Shown here piece after piece: positions 11,761-24,451 of a stretch of DNA of 64,000 nucleotides. The position numbers and the translations under genes are program-made. The notes below the pieces were generated by a model. The model had not been told where the DNA came from. It made no database searches and was given only the letters and a program-made list of their open reading frames with translations. Each line of letters begins with the position of its first letter. The stretch's first letter is position 1. This DNA is from Trichinella spiralis (Eukaryota), in NCBI RefSeq assembly GCF_000181795.1, contig NW_003526943.1, positions 3,300,609 to 3,364,608 of the forward strand. Direction: 5' to 3'.

Positions 11761-14700
11761 AGTATGAAGAGTGAAGTTATGTACGCTGGGGAGCGTGAGT
11801 TGTTAGCAGGGGAAAACCTTCAACTTACAGGTGATATTACTATTTGGTTTGTAACGAACATCACTTTGAATTTCATAAATTTTTATTGTAGAATCTCAAA
11901 TAGGCTTTCTTTCTTGTGTTGGAAAAGTTCTAGGTACTCTTTATATCACAAATTATAGATTATACTTTGAATCGGATGATAAGGTAAATATTTTCATTTA
12001 ATTATAATATTATTTTGCAATGTTACTAATTGTTTAGAATTGTCTGTTAAACGTTCCACTAGGAGTGATTAATCGTATTGACAAAGTTGGTTATTCAAAT
12101 ATGAGCCGCGGAGAAGATTCTTATGGCATTGAAGTGACATGTAAAGTGAGTTTGTATGTTAGTATTATATTTATGCTTGTATGTTTTTCGTTTATTGTAG
12201 GATATAAGAATTTTACGATTTTCAAATCGCCAAGAAAATCACTCTAGACGTCCGTTGTTTGAATGTTTACAAAAATATGCATTCCCACTTTCAAATAAAT
12301 TAGTACGATTTGCGTTTCTTTTAATTGTTTTTTTCTCATATTTTTTTATTTTTCATATTTTAGATGTTGTTCAGTTTTGAGAGTAAAGAAAGATTTCCTG
12401 TAAATGGCTGGGATGTGTATAATTTAATTTCAGAATTTGGAAGGATGGTACTGATTTAAATTAAAAAAAAAGTCATTTATTGTATTGTGTTTAATTGGAT
12501 CATTTCAGGGCATCCCAAATCAAAACTGGCGAATTACTACAATCAACACCGATTACCGTTTCTCAGAAACGTATCCAGCTTATGTAGATGATTTTTCTCA
12601 TGTTGTTTGTGAAGTTGTTTGTAAAACATTTTTTTCTGTTCAGCTTTGCGTTCCTGTTACTGCGTCAGATGATGATCTCGTTAAAGTTGCGAGTTTTCGT
12701 TCAAGAGCTCGAATACCGGTAAATACGAAATATTTGTTTATCATTATTATTATTATTATTGCAAGTAATAACAGCAACAGACTTTTAAATTTCACCCAAT
12801 TAATACTTTTTTAAAAATTACAAACAATATATTTTCTTGTTTTGTTAATGTTAATATTCAATTGAGCAGTGTGAGTGGAAAGCATATGCTGTATTTTGAT
12901 CGAGCAGTTATGCAAGATATCAATTTTCTGAAATGCCACTAGCATTCTGAATTACGCATTATGTTATCGTTTATCGCATGTTTATCGTACATGTTGGAAC
13001 GAATGCTCATCTGTGTCTAAAACTGTTTAAATATTTTGCATATAAATGGAAATATTTTTTTTGAAGAATAAAATCAATACATCTGGAATGAAAATCATGC
13101 AGTCATGTTTGACTGCCGTGGCTTGGGTAGGTTTTGACATTGCAAGTCAATTGTCACTTTAGATGTGATATAGTCAGATGTTCGACTGGCAAGAATGCTT
13201 GAAACTTTTCTTCAAATGACAGAATGCTTTGAGTATGCATTCTTCTAACATTTCAAATCAATAAATTGAATATTTTGTATTCGCATTAAGCATTATTTGT
13301 CAACAACGATGGAATAATGTCAGTAAGAATGTTGATATCTGAAAATTGCGTCAAATGTAATATCCGTTGTGAATATTCATTGAGAAAATGAAGATTTTCT
13401 CAAATTCTAAGTCAGCAGATTGCTTTTGATCTTTCGTAAAATATGAGAGGGCGTTTCGAGTTACCGTATGAAATTTCTCCATCATTTAGAAGCCTCACTG
13501 CTGTTCATTTGATTGAATTTTTCTTTATCTTTGAAAATTTAGATTGTATTTCACTGAAAGATTAATTATATAATAATTTCTTATTCGTTCATAATTTAAT
13601 TTGATTATTCTCGACGAGACAATTATTCTTTTCAAGGAAACAATAAATTGATTTTACATGATTCAAATCATAAATTTTTTGTTGTCTTGTTTTTAAATAT
13701 TTTTTATATTACGTAAAATTCAGTACTCAATAAGAAAAGTCACTTGTATGGCAACAATTTTTGTGATGTGTAATTATAAATTGGGATATAATTCATAAAA
13801 ATAATTGTGTTTAGCATGAAAAATAATTGTGATCAAAATTTGAAAAAAACATTTTTTACCATTTCTTATTATTATGGCTGTAGATATGTGTACATGTTTT
13901 AGATACAATTTTTTTCAGCGCTTACTGATGCATTGTAATTCGAAATTCATAGGTATGTTGTTGGCTTCATCCTGACGGCAATGCCGCTTTGACAAGGTCA
14001 GCACAACCGTCTGTTGGCGTGACTGCTCGACGTAATCACGACGATGAGCAATATTTGCAAAAAATCATAGATGTGAACGGAAAATCGAAAAAGCTTTACA
14101 TTATGGACGCTCGTCCAGTGGTAAATGCTAGGGTGAACAAAGTACGTATTCCTTGGATAAAAATTAATTCATCTGAATTTTTCTATTTTTATTTGCGTAT
14201 TTCTGCATAAATATTTTAATTACATTAAACTGAACTTAAAGAAAGCTTGAATTTTATTTATTCTAAATGTACGATAATTGCGTGAAAATTAATTTTTTAA
14301 ATTATTATTTCATTTCAGCATATTTTGTCCAATTTTGTTCAAGCCATGCTGAGTAGGTTCTTATGTTTATTTATGTACTTTTTTTTATTATCTGCAGGCT
14401 AAAGGCGGTGGCTACGAAAGCGAAGTTGCATATCCAAATGCGGAGTTAGTGTTTTTAAACATTGAAAATATTCACGTCATGCGTGAAAGGTATATTTTTT
14501 GACTCAATCATATTTGCAGGCAGTTGTTTTTTGCACTACATATAATAATGTTAAGTTTGAATAATTGCAAATATTTCTTGTTCAAGAAATGAACTTTTTA
14601 TTTTTAATTGTTTATCTACTTTATTTATTAACGACTGATGATTTCTTCTGTTTTTTTTGATGATGAAATACTGATGTATTTATATATTTCAGCATGAGGA

Positions 14701-15982
14701 AGCTGCGGGATTTGTGCGCTCCAAGAGCAGATTACAAAAATTGGTTCACAAACTTAGATGAGACTCGTTGGCTAGAGCACATCAGGGTAGAGAAGTTGTT
14801 ATCCAGCTAGTTGGTTTTTTCTTTTCTATTTTTTGTATATGAGGTTTTAGTTAATTTTGTGTGGTGCTGCGAGAATTGTTGATAAAATTGAAAATCATGC
14901 GACCTCTGTGTTAGTACACTGCAGTGACGGTTGGGACAGAACATCTCAGGTGATTGTTAATTATTTATTGCATTTTATTATATTATTATTATTATTTTGT
15001 TTTTAGCTTACTTCACTGGCAATGTTGATGCTTGATCCGTATTATCGCACTTTGAAGGGTTTTGAAGTGCTAATAGAAAAGGAATGGTGTAGTTTTGGGC
15101 ATAAATTTGCTCAAGTATATTTTCAGTTATTTTATGCTTAATATTGTTGAACATGGCATCATTCTTTAGCGTGTTGGACATGGTGATGACAAACATTCTG
15201 ATCCTGAACGGTCTCCTGTTTTTCTTCAATTTATCGACTGTGTTTATCAGCTTACTATGCAGGTAAACAAATTAAAATTAATGAATTAGGTAGTGAATGC
15301 TTTTGCTACTTTTTTGTATAATTTATAAAACTTTGAGATTATTATTATCATATTACAAATAAAATAATCTAGAAATAGATAATTAATAAATTATTAATTT
15401 GTGAATGTTTCAGTTTCCTACGAGCTTCGAATTCAACATGCAATTTCTTATTACAATTTTGGATCATTTGTACAGTTGTCGATTTGGAACTTTTCTTTTC
15501 AACAGTGAGAAACAAAGAGTGGAAGCAGTATGCACACGTTTTTTTCACTGTATAGCTTATTTGTAATAATTCATTTTTTATTTGAGGCTGTTAAAGAAAA
15601 GACCAATTCGCTGTGGTCATTCATTAACAGCAGTGCAGCTCTTTACATGAATCCGGCTTATATTCTGAACTCGCATCTTCTTTTACCGTGCTGTTCTGCT
15701 CGTCGTATGAAATTTTGGTCTGAATATTATCTTCGCTGGAATCCGGCCGACAATTCTCTTCAAAGGATGGTACGAAGATTTTTTTTTCTCTTCTTTCAAT
15801 TTCGCATATTTCACTTTGAATAATTTTTATTTCAGAAGCAAATGCAAGAGTTTTACAAGCAGATGGTTAGCATTCGTAGAGCTGTCAGTGAACAGTTGGA
15901 CGAAATAAGAAGGAAAAAGCTTCAAAAGCAGACCACTGTTTATTCAGAAGACTTGTTTCCAGAATCAGAAGATGGTTCTTAA
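11761..15982 (+). CDS. Myotubularin (MTM1/MTMR1/MTMR2 subfamily) PI3P phosphatase, ~16-17 exons
   Basis: PH-GRAM exons ([39 protein letters not shown]), [19 protein letters not shown], catalytic [12 protein letters not shown] at 14914-14949, [26 protein letters not shown]. Stop TAA at 15980-15982. A possible ATG-only first exon lies at 11289-11291. Confidence 0.93.
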
Positions 15983-16550
15983 TATGTGAAATTTTATAAA
16001 AATGACCATTTTTTACAATGTTAGTTATTTGCAGATGCACTTACTACCTTGAGGGTTGAAAAAGTGCAGTTGTTTAGAAAATTTAATAAAACAAAAGTTT
16101 TTAATTTTTTACTTACCATGAAAAATTAGCAGAATGAAGGAACATGTGAAAAGCATTTTTGATGAATCGCATTTCATGATAATCGTAACCAACTGAAAGA
16201 AAGCAAGCAAAAGCTGTAATCACAAACACTGGGCATGCTATTGGTTGTTTTACGTGAAATTTGAAACAATTTTTTTATTTGCTGAATATATCTGTTATTT
16301 TTAACATATCAAGATATTGATCTGTAAACATTTGTCTTTTTCTCAGCCAGTACTAAAAAAGGGGCTTCTGCAGTTTATCCCAACTTTCTTAGTAGCCATT
16401 TGTTTTTTTTGTTCTAAAGTAATTTTATTTAATTACAATTTGTAACTCATAATTCAAAATATTAATAGCACCAAAAAATTATAAAACATTTTGTTCTTCT
16501 GGTAAGCCCAACTTCAGAAACTGTATGCCATACAAAAATGTAAAAGTTAC

Positions 16551-17121
16551 TGTTGAGAAATCTTTTCTCTATACCTACTCATCAGTACCTGAAACTCCCC
16601 ATGGTCAAAACATTGCTCCTTGTACAAAAACAACAGTGACGCAACGCTAGCTACCTCCCCTGTTTTTCTCAATTATATGGTGAACAGGTGCCGAAAGAAA
16701 GATGAACAATGGAATCGCAATTAAGCGTCCAAAAAGTCAGCGTCATGCTATATACCTGCCACAACTCCGGTGGTCAGCTGTTGAAAAGGCATCAAAATGA
16801 AATGTTTCTGACAACGCGGCTGTTCAGATGAGGCGAAGCCGCACAGTCCAAGCGACTGCGCAATCAACCCGATTCCTTAATTGTTTTTCGGAGATTTAGG
16901 CCACCAGATGCGGAGTCAGGTGAAGAAAAATGCATAAATAAGAGTGAGGAGGGAGGAGGGACAATCACACAACACACAAAATCACACGGAACACGCCGTC
17001 TATCTGATCGCTTGAACCGTTTTCTCTCTTGCTATCTTACTATTTTATTCCTTGCTTGAATTGAATAAATCGAATCTCATCACACACTTCGTCACCGATT
17101 ATCTATAAATAAACTCATACA
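16551..17121 (+). mobile_element. Possible solo LTR
   Basis: GC-richer non-coding block beginning TGTT and ending TACA, with a TATA-like CATAAATA (~16933) and AATAAA near the end. No clean target-site duplication. Confidence 0.3.
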
Positions 17122-17172
17122 GTCCACTACAAAAGAGATCTTCAAGTTTGAACGAAAAATTTCCAAGCATTT

Positions 17173-17212
17173 TGGTCTTCTGAGCCGGAGTCGAACCAGC
17201 GACCTATGGATC
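17173..17212 (-). pseudogene. 3' half of tRNA-Tyr (fragment)
   Basis: Minus strand reads ATCCATAGGTCGCTGGTTCGACTCCGGCTCAGAAGA-CCA, i.e. the anticodon 3' strand, T-arm/B-box and acceptor stem of tRNA-Tyr. No recognisable D-arm or 5' half. Confidence 0.7.
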
Positions 17213-17297
17213 CATCATGTGATCAAACATCCACATCCAGCGACTCAGAAAACATGACACACCACGAAGAGATCTCGTCCTCCACGTTCGACCTTAA

Positions 17298-18373
17298 CCC
17301 TCCTGTTATCCTCCGGGTCATATTGACCCGTTTTGATTTTAAACATAAAAATTAGTACTAAAATTATTGTCTGCTGATGCTGAATTTTTTTGACTTTTCC
17401 TCATTTCACCTTATCTACATATAATGAAATTCCTGCGCCTCTGTCATTTACAGCAACTGCTGTATGCACTTTACGTATATGCGAAATCCACGGGGTCCCG
17501 TTGGCCCCATGATAGATCTTCTACTGCTGTTTTATCAGTATTGAAGGTAATGAAACATCTATCACTTTTAAGGTTCTATAGTTTATGGGATATATGGGTT
17601 AAAAATTACCTAAGATGTATAATCCTTCCGAAAATGTTGCAGTTGATGAGCGACTGTATCCTTTCAAAAACCGATGTCAATTCAGACAGTACATGCCAAA
17701 GAAACCGGCAAAGTATGGCAATAAGTTTTGGGTAGCCTGTTGTTCAAAGTAAAGCTACGCATGGTATATGCAAATATACACTGGAAAGCCATCAAGTGGA
17801 ACTCGCGAGAAGAACCAAGGGATGCGAGTGGTACTCGACATGGTAAAGGGGCTAAAAGGTCATAATGTTACATGTGACAACTTTTTTACATCGTATGGAC
17901 TGAGAGTAGAACTGAAAAAAAAAGAATTTGACTTTGGTTGGAACTGTAAAAAAAAGAAAACAGAGCTACCAAGGGAACTGCTGCAACTACAAGGCAGAAC
18001 ATTGGACTCTTCAACATTTGCCTTTTCTGAAAACTGCACCATCATATCATACCTCCCAAAAAAGAACAAGAATGTTTTGGTACTAAGTACCATGCATAAT
18101 GACAACCAGGTTTGCGACGGAAAGGGAAGCAAGCCTGAAATTATTCTGCATTATAATAATACTAAAGGTGGTGTGGATAATTTAGACAAAATGACATCAA
18201 CGTATTCCAGCCAAAGAATGACTGCATGATGGCCATTAGTCATACTTCACAACATCATTGACGTATCGGCATACAACGCCTACGTTCTATGGACAGAAAA
18301 ACATCCAGCATGGAATGTAGGACGGCTGCATAAGCGTCGATTATTCCTGGAAGAACTTGGCAAGGCTCTAGTG
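17298..18373 (+). mobile_element. piggyBac element A (PGBD4-like), internally deleted, frameshifted and truncated by a hAT
   Basis: TTAA (17294-17297) followed by a CCCTCCTG... terminus. Transposase motifs VDE..YPF, YMPKKPAKYG, VTCDNFFTS, YNNTKGGVDNLD, FLEELGKALV. Confidence 0.88.
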
Positions 18374-21220
18374 CAGTGTTTCTCAACCAGGGGGTCGCGC
18401 CCCCCTAGGGGGGCGTAGGAAGGTTCCAGGGGGGGCGTGAGAAGTAGGAATTTTTATTCCTGCAGAGGTGTTTGAAATTCAGCTTGGTCCACTTCAGCTA
18501 AATTTTAACCGCCAATTGTTTCTGGTCATCTTAGTTTTAGCGTAACCGCGTTAGCTGTGCGCAATTTATAATTTCCCTTTGCACTAAAATCGCATTTGGA
18601 AATTCATCTGATGTGACGAGATACGTGAATAATTTTTGACAGAGGCATATGCACGATATTTATCAAACTCATAGAACAAAGCCGTATTTTGTCTAATGGT
18701 GGAAACAAGCAATGCGGTGAAAATTTCGCCTGAAATCGACCATCACACTTTATTTTCTCATTCTTTCCTTCATTCGACATCGCGGCAACACCAACTTTTG
18801 TCTCACGTGTGCATATATTAGCTGTTTATTTGTTTCAGTTTTCAAGAGATTTTGTAATATCAGTTGATTTCAGATTGTCTGAAATCACATCAATTCAGGT
18901 TTGGTTTTTTCCGCTCCTAAGTTTCTAAGTATTTTATTCTTATCAGTAATTAAATCTCCCACTATGATTATGGTTTTTAGCTTGGCTACTCATAATCGTG
19001 AACACAACGGTTTTATTACATTTCGCACCATGGTTGTTGCTTATAGAGTTTGTTATTATTTCCAATAGGCAAGTTATTTATTAGCGTACTGCTATGTACC
19101 ACGAAGACATCCAGTTGGTAAACGAGCTGCGAAAACTAGTTAGATCGGATTATCCATACGACAGGCTAGAAAAGGAGGAAGTTAGTTAGCGTCTGTGTAT
19201 ATTCACATCATCAATAAAGTTATATTGGACGTTGGCGTGAAATACAATACGTACAATGGCGTCGAAAAAACGCAAATATGATGCAGAGTACATCAAATAC
19301 GGCTTCGTGGCTATTGAAAAAAAACGGCGTTGAAGTGCCACAATGCGTTCGTTGTATGCCTTGATACACTCAGCAATGATGCTATACGGCCGACCCGACT
19401 GCAGCGGCATTTGCATCACCGCCATCCTGAGTTATCAAAAAACCTGTGGAATACTTTTGCGCTAAAAGAGATTCCCTTTCTCAAATGATACTTGACAAAA
19501 AAGGCAAGTATAATCAGGAGACTGCCAAGGCTGTGAAAGTATCATATGAAATAGCCATGTTGATTGCCATGAATAAGAAACCACATGCTATTGGAGAAAA
19601 TCTTGTTAAGCCCTGCATTGTGAATGCAGTAAAGATTCTGCTTGGGGATGACATGGCGAAGCAATTTAAAAATATTTCTCTTTCTGATTCAACAGTTAAA
19701 CGCCGAATCGATGAATTAGCTGATGATATAAAACAGCAAGTTCTTGAAAAGGTAAAGTGTTCTCCTTTTTTTGCTATAAGTTGTGATGAGTCCACAGACC
19801 AGGCAAACTGTGCACAGCTCATTGTATACGCACGGTTCATTGCAAATAACACAATTGAAGAAGAACTACTTTTATCTGAACCACTGAAAACTACAACGAA
19901 AGGAGCTGATGTGTTCCAAGCTGTGTCAAAATTTTTTGAAGTAAATGGCTTGATGTGGGAAAAACTTGTTGGTGTATGCACTGACGGTGCACCCGCAATG
20001 CTTGGCTCTCGGTGTGGCTTTGTGAAGATGGTCTAATCAAAAAACCCATCTATTTTTGCAATGCACTGTGTAATTCATCGGCAGGCTTTGGTCGCTAAAA
20101 CTTTGCCTGATGATCTCAGAGAAGACCTTAATTTTGCCGCGGAGGTTGTCAACTATGTGAAAAGCAGTGCATTGAACACTCGATTATTTGCGTCACTCTG
20201 TGAAAGTTTGAATGCTGACCACATGGCACTTCTCTATCATACAGAAGTTCGTTGGTTATCAAAAGGAAACATGCTTGGTCGGATTTATGAACTGAGAGAA
20301 GCAGTGGCAGAGTTTTTGGAGCAACGAGGAAGACGCACAATGTGTCGAGCTTTCAAAAGTGAACATTTTCAGCTTAGCCTGGCATATCTTGCAGATATTT
20401 TTGAAGCACTGAATTTACTGGATTTGAAACTGCAAGGAGCAAACGCGAATGTTATGGCTCACTATGACATTGTTCAAAGCTTCATTGCAAAAATTTCCTT
20501 ATGGTTAAAACAAGTTGAAAGAGGAAATTTGACATGGTTTTCAAGACTCAACGAGCTTTTCAGTGATAAATGTATCAGCGAAAATTTGAAAAGAAAAATA
20601 AAAGGGCACCTTAGAAGCCTACAAGATGAGTTTTTTTACTATTTTCCTGACGTAGAACCTGAAAACCTGATATATAAACTTGTGAGGAATCCATTTTTAG
20701 TTAATGTCGAAGACCTTCCACACGATCTTCAAGAAGAAGCCATTGAACTGCAATTCAACAGCTTAGCTAAAGATAGCTTTGAAAGTATGCCATTAGAAAA
20801 CTTCTGAGTGAAGTTACAAGCAGAATATCCTAAATAAGTTCACAAAGCTTACGTATATTGGTTCCTTTTTCCTCAACGTACCTTTGTGAAACGGGATTCT
20901 CAGCTCTCATGACGCTTAATACGCAACATCGAAACAGGCTAAACGTTGAGAGCGACCTGCGATGTACCTTATCACCCACTCCACCAAGAATAGACAACTT
21001 AGTCGCAAATAAGCATTGTCAATATTCTCATTAAATTTTTATTGTGAATCATTCAGGAATGTTTTACTGTGGAAACTAGCTTGGCTTGATGCAACCATGA
21101 AGCAAAATGTTGCTTTGCGTACACTGAATACATACCGTACTACTTTTTATTAGAGGGGGGGCATTAACTGCCGAACTTTTATTAAGGGGGGCGTGCGCTG
21201 ACACAGGTTGAGAAACACTG
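18374..21220 (+). mobile_element. hAT (Buster/Charlie, ZBED5/ZBED8-like) DNA transposon, full length
   Basis: Perfect 15-bp TIRs: CAGTGTTTCTCAACC (18374-18388) and GGTTGAGAAACACTG (21206-21220), with G-rich subterminal motifs. Confidence 0.93.
19256..21034 (+). pseudogene. hAT/Buster transposase pseudogene
   Basis: MASKKRKYDAEYIKYGF, BED finger, DESTD, CTDGAPAM, HCVIHRQAL, EVRWLSKG, STYLCETGFS, NRLNVESDLR...SH*. In-frame stops at ~20034 and ~20805 plus several frameshifts. Confidence 0.9.
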
Positions 21221-23610
21221 CAATAGGCAAAAGCACTGACAGTTCCAAAACAGTGATAGCTGAACAGCAAATGATGGACGCTGAACCTACTATAAATAAA
21301 GGAACATAAAGCAGATCTCACTCGGTAGACAGAAAACTGTTCTAAGTGCTCTGTTGATCTTTCTGTTTTCCTTGCGAATAATCTACGACTCAGCAATTGG
21401 ACATGGACTTCGACACCGTCTATCGAGAAACGAGATCCGGGCGAAATGAGAGACAAATTATAGTTCTACCAGATCCTGATGTATCTGAACCAGATACAGT
21501 TTCAGAAGATGAATTACATCATACTTTTCAACAGTCTGACAGTTCAAGTGATGAGGAAGCCATTGATGAAGACGATGCTTCCGCCAATGCGAGAAGAAAA
21601 TCATACATCTGGCGTCGACGACCATTCAACCCTAGAACAGAAGCTTTCATTGGTAAATAATCACTGCTATTATCTTACATTGGTGTTATACCATAAAACT
21701 TTTCAGAATCAGATGAGGAAATACCACCAGTCCTTAGGCCAATTGAATACTTTCGCATGTACTTTACACCACAGCTTCTTTCCCACATCTCATTTGAGAC
21801 AAACCGTAAGGCCACTCAATGTTTGTATTCCAACTTGGCGACAACTGTAGCAGAAATAGAAGTTTTGATTGGAATGCTAATCACGATGGGCGTTAGTGAA
21901 ATGCCACGGTATCGCATGTATTGGGCGAACCAAACACGTATGGACACTGTAGCGAATTGCATGAGTCGCAATAGATTCGAAACCCTATTGCGATTTCTCC
22001 ACTTCAATGACAATGACAAGGTTGTCATGGACCGAAGCCATCCAGATTACGACAGATTCTACAAAATCCGGCCTCTTATAGAAAGCATCCGCAAGACCAG
22101 CTTAGAAGAAACACCGGGAGAACTACAAAGTGTTGACGAACACATAATTCCATACAAGGGCCGGTGCAAAATGAAATATTATAACCCCAGAAAGCCAGAT
22201 AAATGGGGCTTGAAGGTGATTGCAAGATGCGGGAAAAATGGATTCGTCCATGACTTTTGGCTGTGTGATGGAATGGCGCCAAAAGTAGAAAACCCTTTTG
22301 GCTTCTTCGCGGCTGACGTTGTAATGAAAGTTTGTGAAACGTTTCCGAAGCACAAGGGGTACAAAGTTTTTTTTGATAATTACTTTGCTTTTCTCGAACT
22401 GCAAGAAGCACTGCTCAGAGACGGCATCCACTCTGTTGCAACCATACGATCCAACAGACTTCGCGGCTGCCCGGTGATGCCTTCAAACAAATTGAAACGA
22501 AAAGGCAGAGGTGCCACTGACTTTTGTTGCACCAAAGATAATAAATTGTGCGTTGTGAAGTGGTTTGACAACCGGGAAGTAATTTTGGCATCAACGTACA
22601 AGTGCGTGGATCCGGTAACGCCAGTGAGACGTTGGGATAAAAGGCAACGTCAATTTATTGACGTTCCTTGTCCACAAATTGTAAAGGAATACAACCAGTT
22701 CATGGGAGGTGTGGATTTGACGGGTATGTTGATCTCATTGTACAGAATCGACCACAAGTGCCGAAAATGGCACAGACGGGTATTTTTTTGGGCAATCCAC
22801 GTGTCACTGACCAACAGCTGGTTGAAATATAAAGATGATTGCACTAAGAATGGATCAGCGACCAGAGATGTCATGGACTTGATGGAGTTCGTGTTATCTG
22901 TTAGTGACAATCTAACAAAATACGAAAAAACGTATGTGACGCGCAAGCGCGGACGGCGGTTATTGGAACCTACGGCTGAAGAAGAAGTGGATCCATCTAG
23001 ATCCATTAGACGAACGTTACAGCCAGAGCATAATACACGTACGGATCAGACTGGCCATTGGCCAGAAATGATGACAACTAAAAAGCGCTGCCGTGTTTGT
23101 CAAAGAACATGTCAAATGCGTTGCATGAAATGTGATATACATCTGTGTATTGTTACCGGACGAAACTGTTTTTTTAGTTATCATCAAAAACAGTGATTTA
23201 CAAAATGCCCATTCATTTATATAATAAAGTGCTATCAAATAGAAGTACATATGAATGTGAATATGCGCGCGATGACATGCAAAAAGATTGTGTTGTGTCA
23301 TGAAACACCTATCCCGTTAATCATCAAAAATGCATCCTGTAACTTATCAAACATGGCAAAAAAGCCGCATGACTCATTTTAAAGGTCGAACTAATGCATT
23401 CAGGTAAAAAAATGAATAATTAACTTTTTACATCAAAACATCTATTTTTACCGTTAATGCCCAATGTTGCTTTTAAGCAACATTTAAAAAAAACAGGAAA
23501 AAAATTGGTCCTGAGACTTCAAACTTAAAGTGTGTTCTATTTCGATGTATTTTGACAAAACAAAACAAGAAAAATAATTGCATCCTCTGAAAAAATTTGG
23601 CATGAAAGGG
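21221..23610 (+). mobile_element. piggyBac element B (PGBD3-like), left end missing
   Basis: Right terminus ...GGCATGAAAGGG followed by TTAA (23611-23614). Subterminal palindrome ATGTTGCTTTTAAGCAACAT (~23464). No matching CCCTTTCATGCC left TIR was seen in the window. Confidence 0.85.
21403..23196 (+). CDS. piggyBac transposase, apparently intact, two exons (~579 aa)
   Basis: Exon 21403-21652 (acidic N-terminus), a 54-nt GTAAAT..TTTCAG intron, and exon 21707-23196 in frame. SVDE, FFDNYF and MGGVD catalytic motifs; C-terminal Cys-rich domain CRVC..CMKC..HLC..C..H. Confidence 0.85.
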
Positions 23611-24451
23611 TTAACACACTAACACATGACGGGTCGCGTTATTCCGTGGGGTTGCTATGGAAGTCTGTTACGAAAATTTTCCCAACAGTTATTTCAAGTT
23701 GATCGCATCACGCTGATTTAGAACAAGCAACTGTGTATTTTATTTTTATCGTAAAAATTTAAATTTGAAATTTTAGCAAGTATTTATTGACCAAATTAAG
23801 CATATGTATGATTAATGTGATGAACAATAAGAGAGGAGCAGCAACAATTTTTATATGAAATTCTACTTGATTATTATAAAACTACCGTACTATTATGCGC
23901 AAAGTTGTTTGATTTTTTATTTGGCATTTTCGTGTTGTCATGAATTTAGCAGACTTTTAAAGTAAGAATTATTATGCAATTTTTCGATTTATTTGAATTA
24001 ATTTAAGTTTATGATTATTTAAATTTTAGATTCATCAATTTGCGTTATTACAATTGTGTAGATAACATTGTATGGGAATGTAAAATTTTTTAAAATTTCC
24101 GATCTTTTTTTTACCACTGATTTTATATAACGACATCACATTTAGCAATAAGACTTTTTAAACCAAAACTTTGAATAAACTTGGGAACTTCTACGTGGGA
24201 GTCATTTTTGAAATTTCATTGTGTAGCACTTTATGAAAGAATAAATTATTAATACTTTTATATAATAAAAATTTTTTCACTTACAGTTAAACTGCTGAAT
24301 TTATTCGAAGTTGTCTTTTTTATTTTTTCAAAGAGCATTTAAAATTACCTATAAAATGATAGTTTTATTATGTGCTTTAGTTATTTGTCTTTGATCATAT
24401 GCATTGACCATGTGAATTTAATTTTGTTCAATGATATTTCAGTTGAAATTG

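Noticed and set aside
17118..17127. TACAGTCCAC resembling the tRNA-Tyr anticodon arm (a permuted or split tRNA)
   Set aside because: Only 10 nt, in the wrong order relative to the 3' half, with no adjacent D-arm; chance is likely.
17298..23610. A single piggyBac with a nested hAT
   Set aside because: The termini do not match (CCCTCCTG versus CCCTTTCA), two different transposases are present, and the hAT has no TSD.
23650..23664. RFX X-box-like GTTGCTATGGAAGT upstream of Vps34
   Set aside because: The right half-site does not fit RGNAAC.
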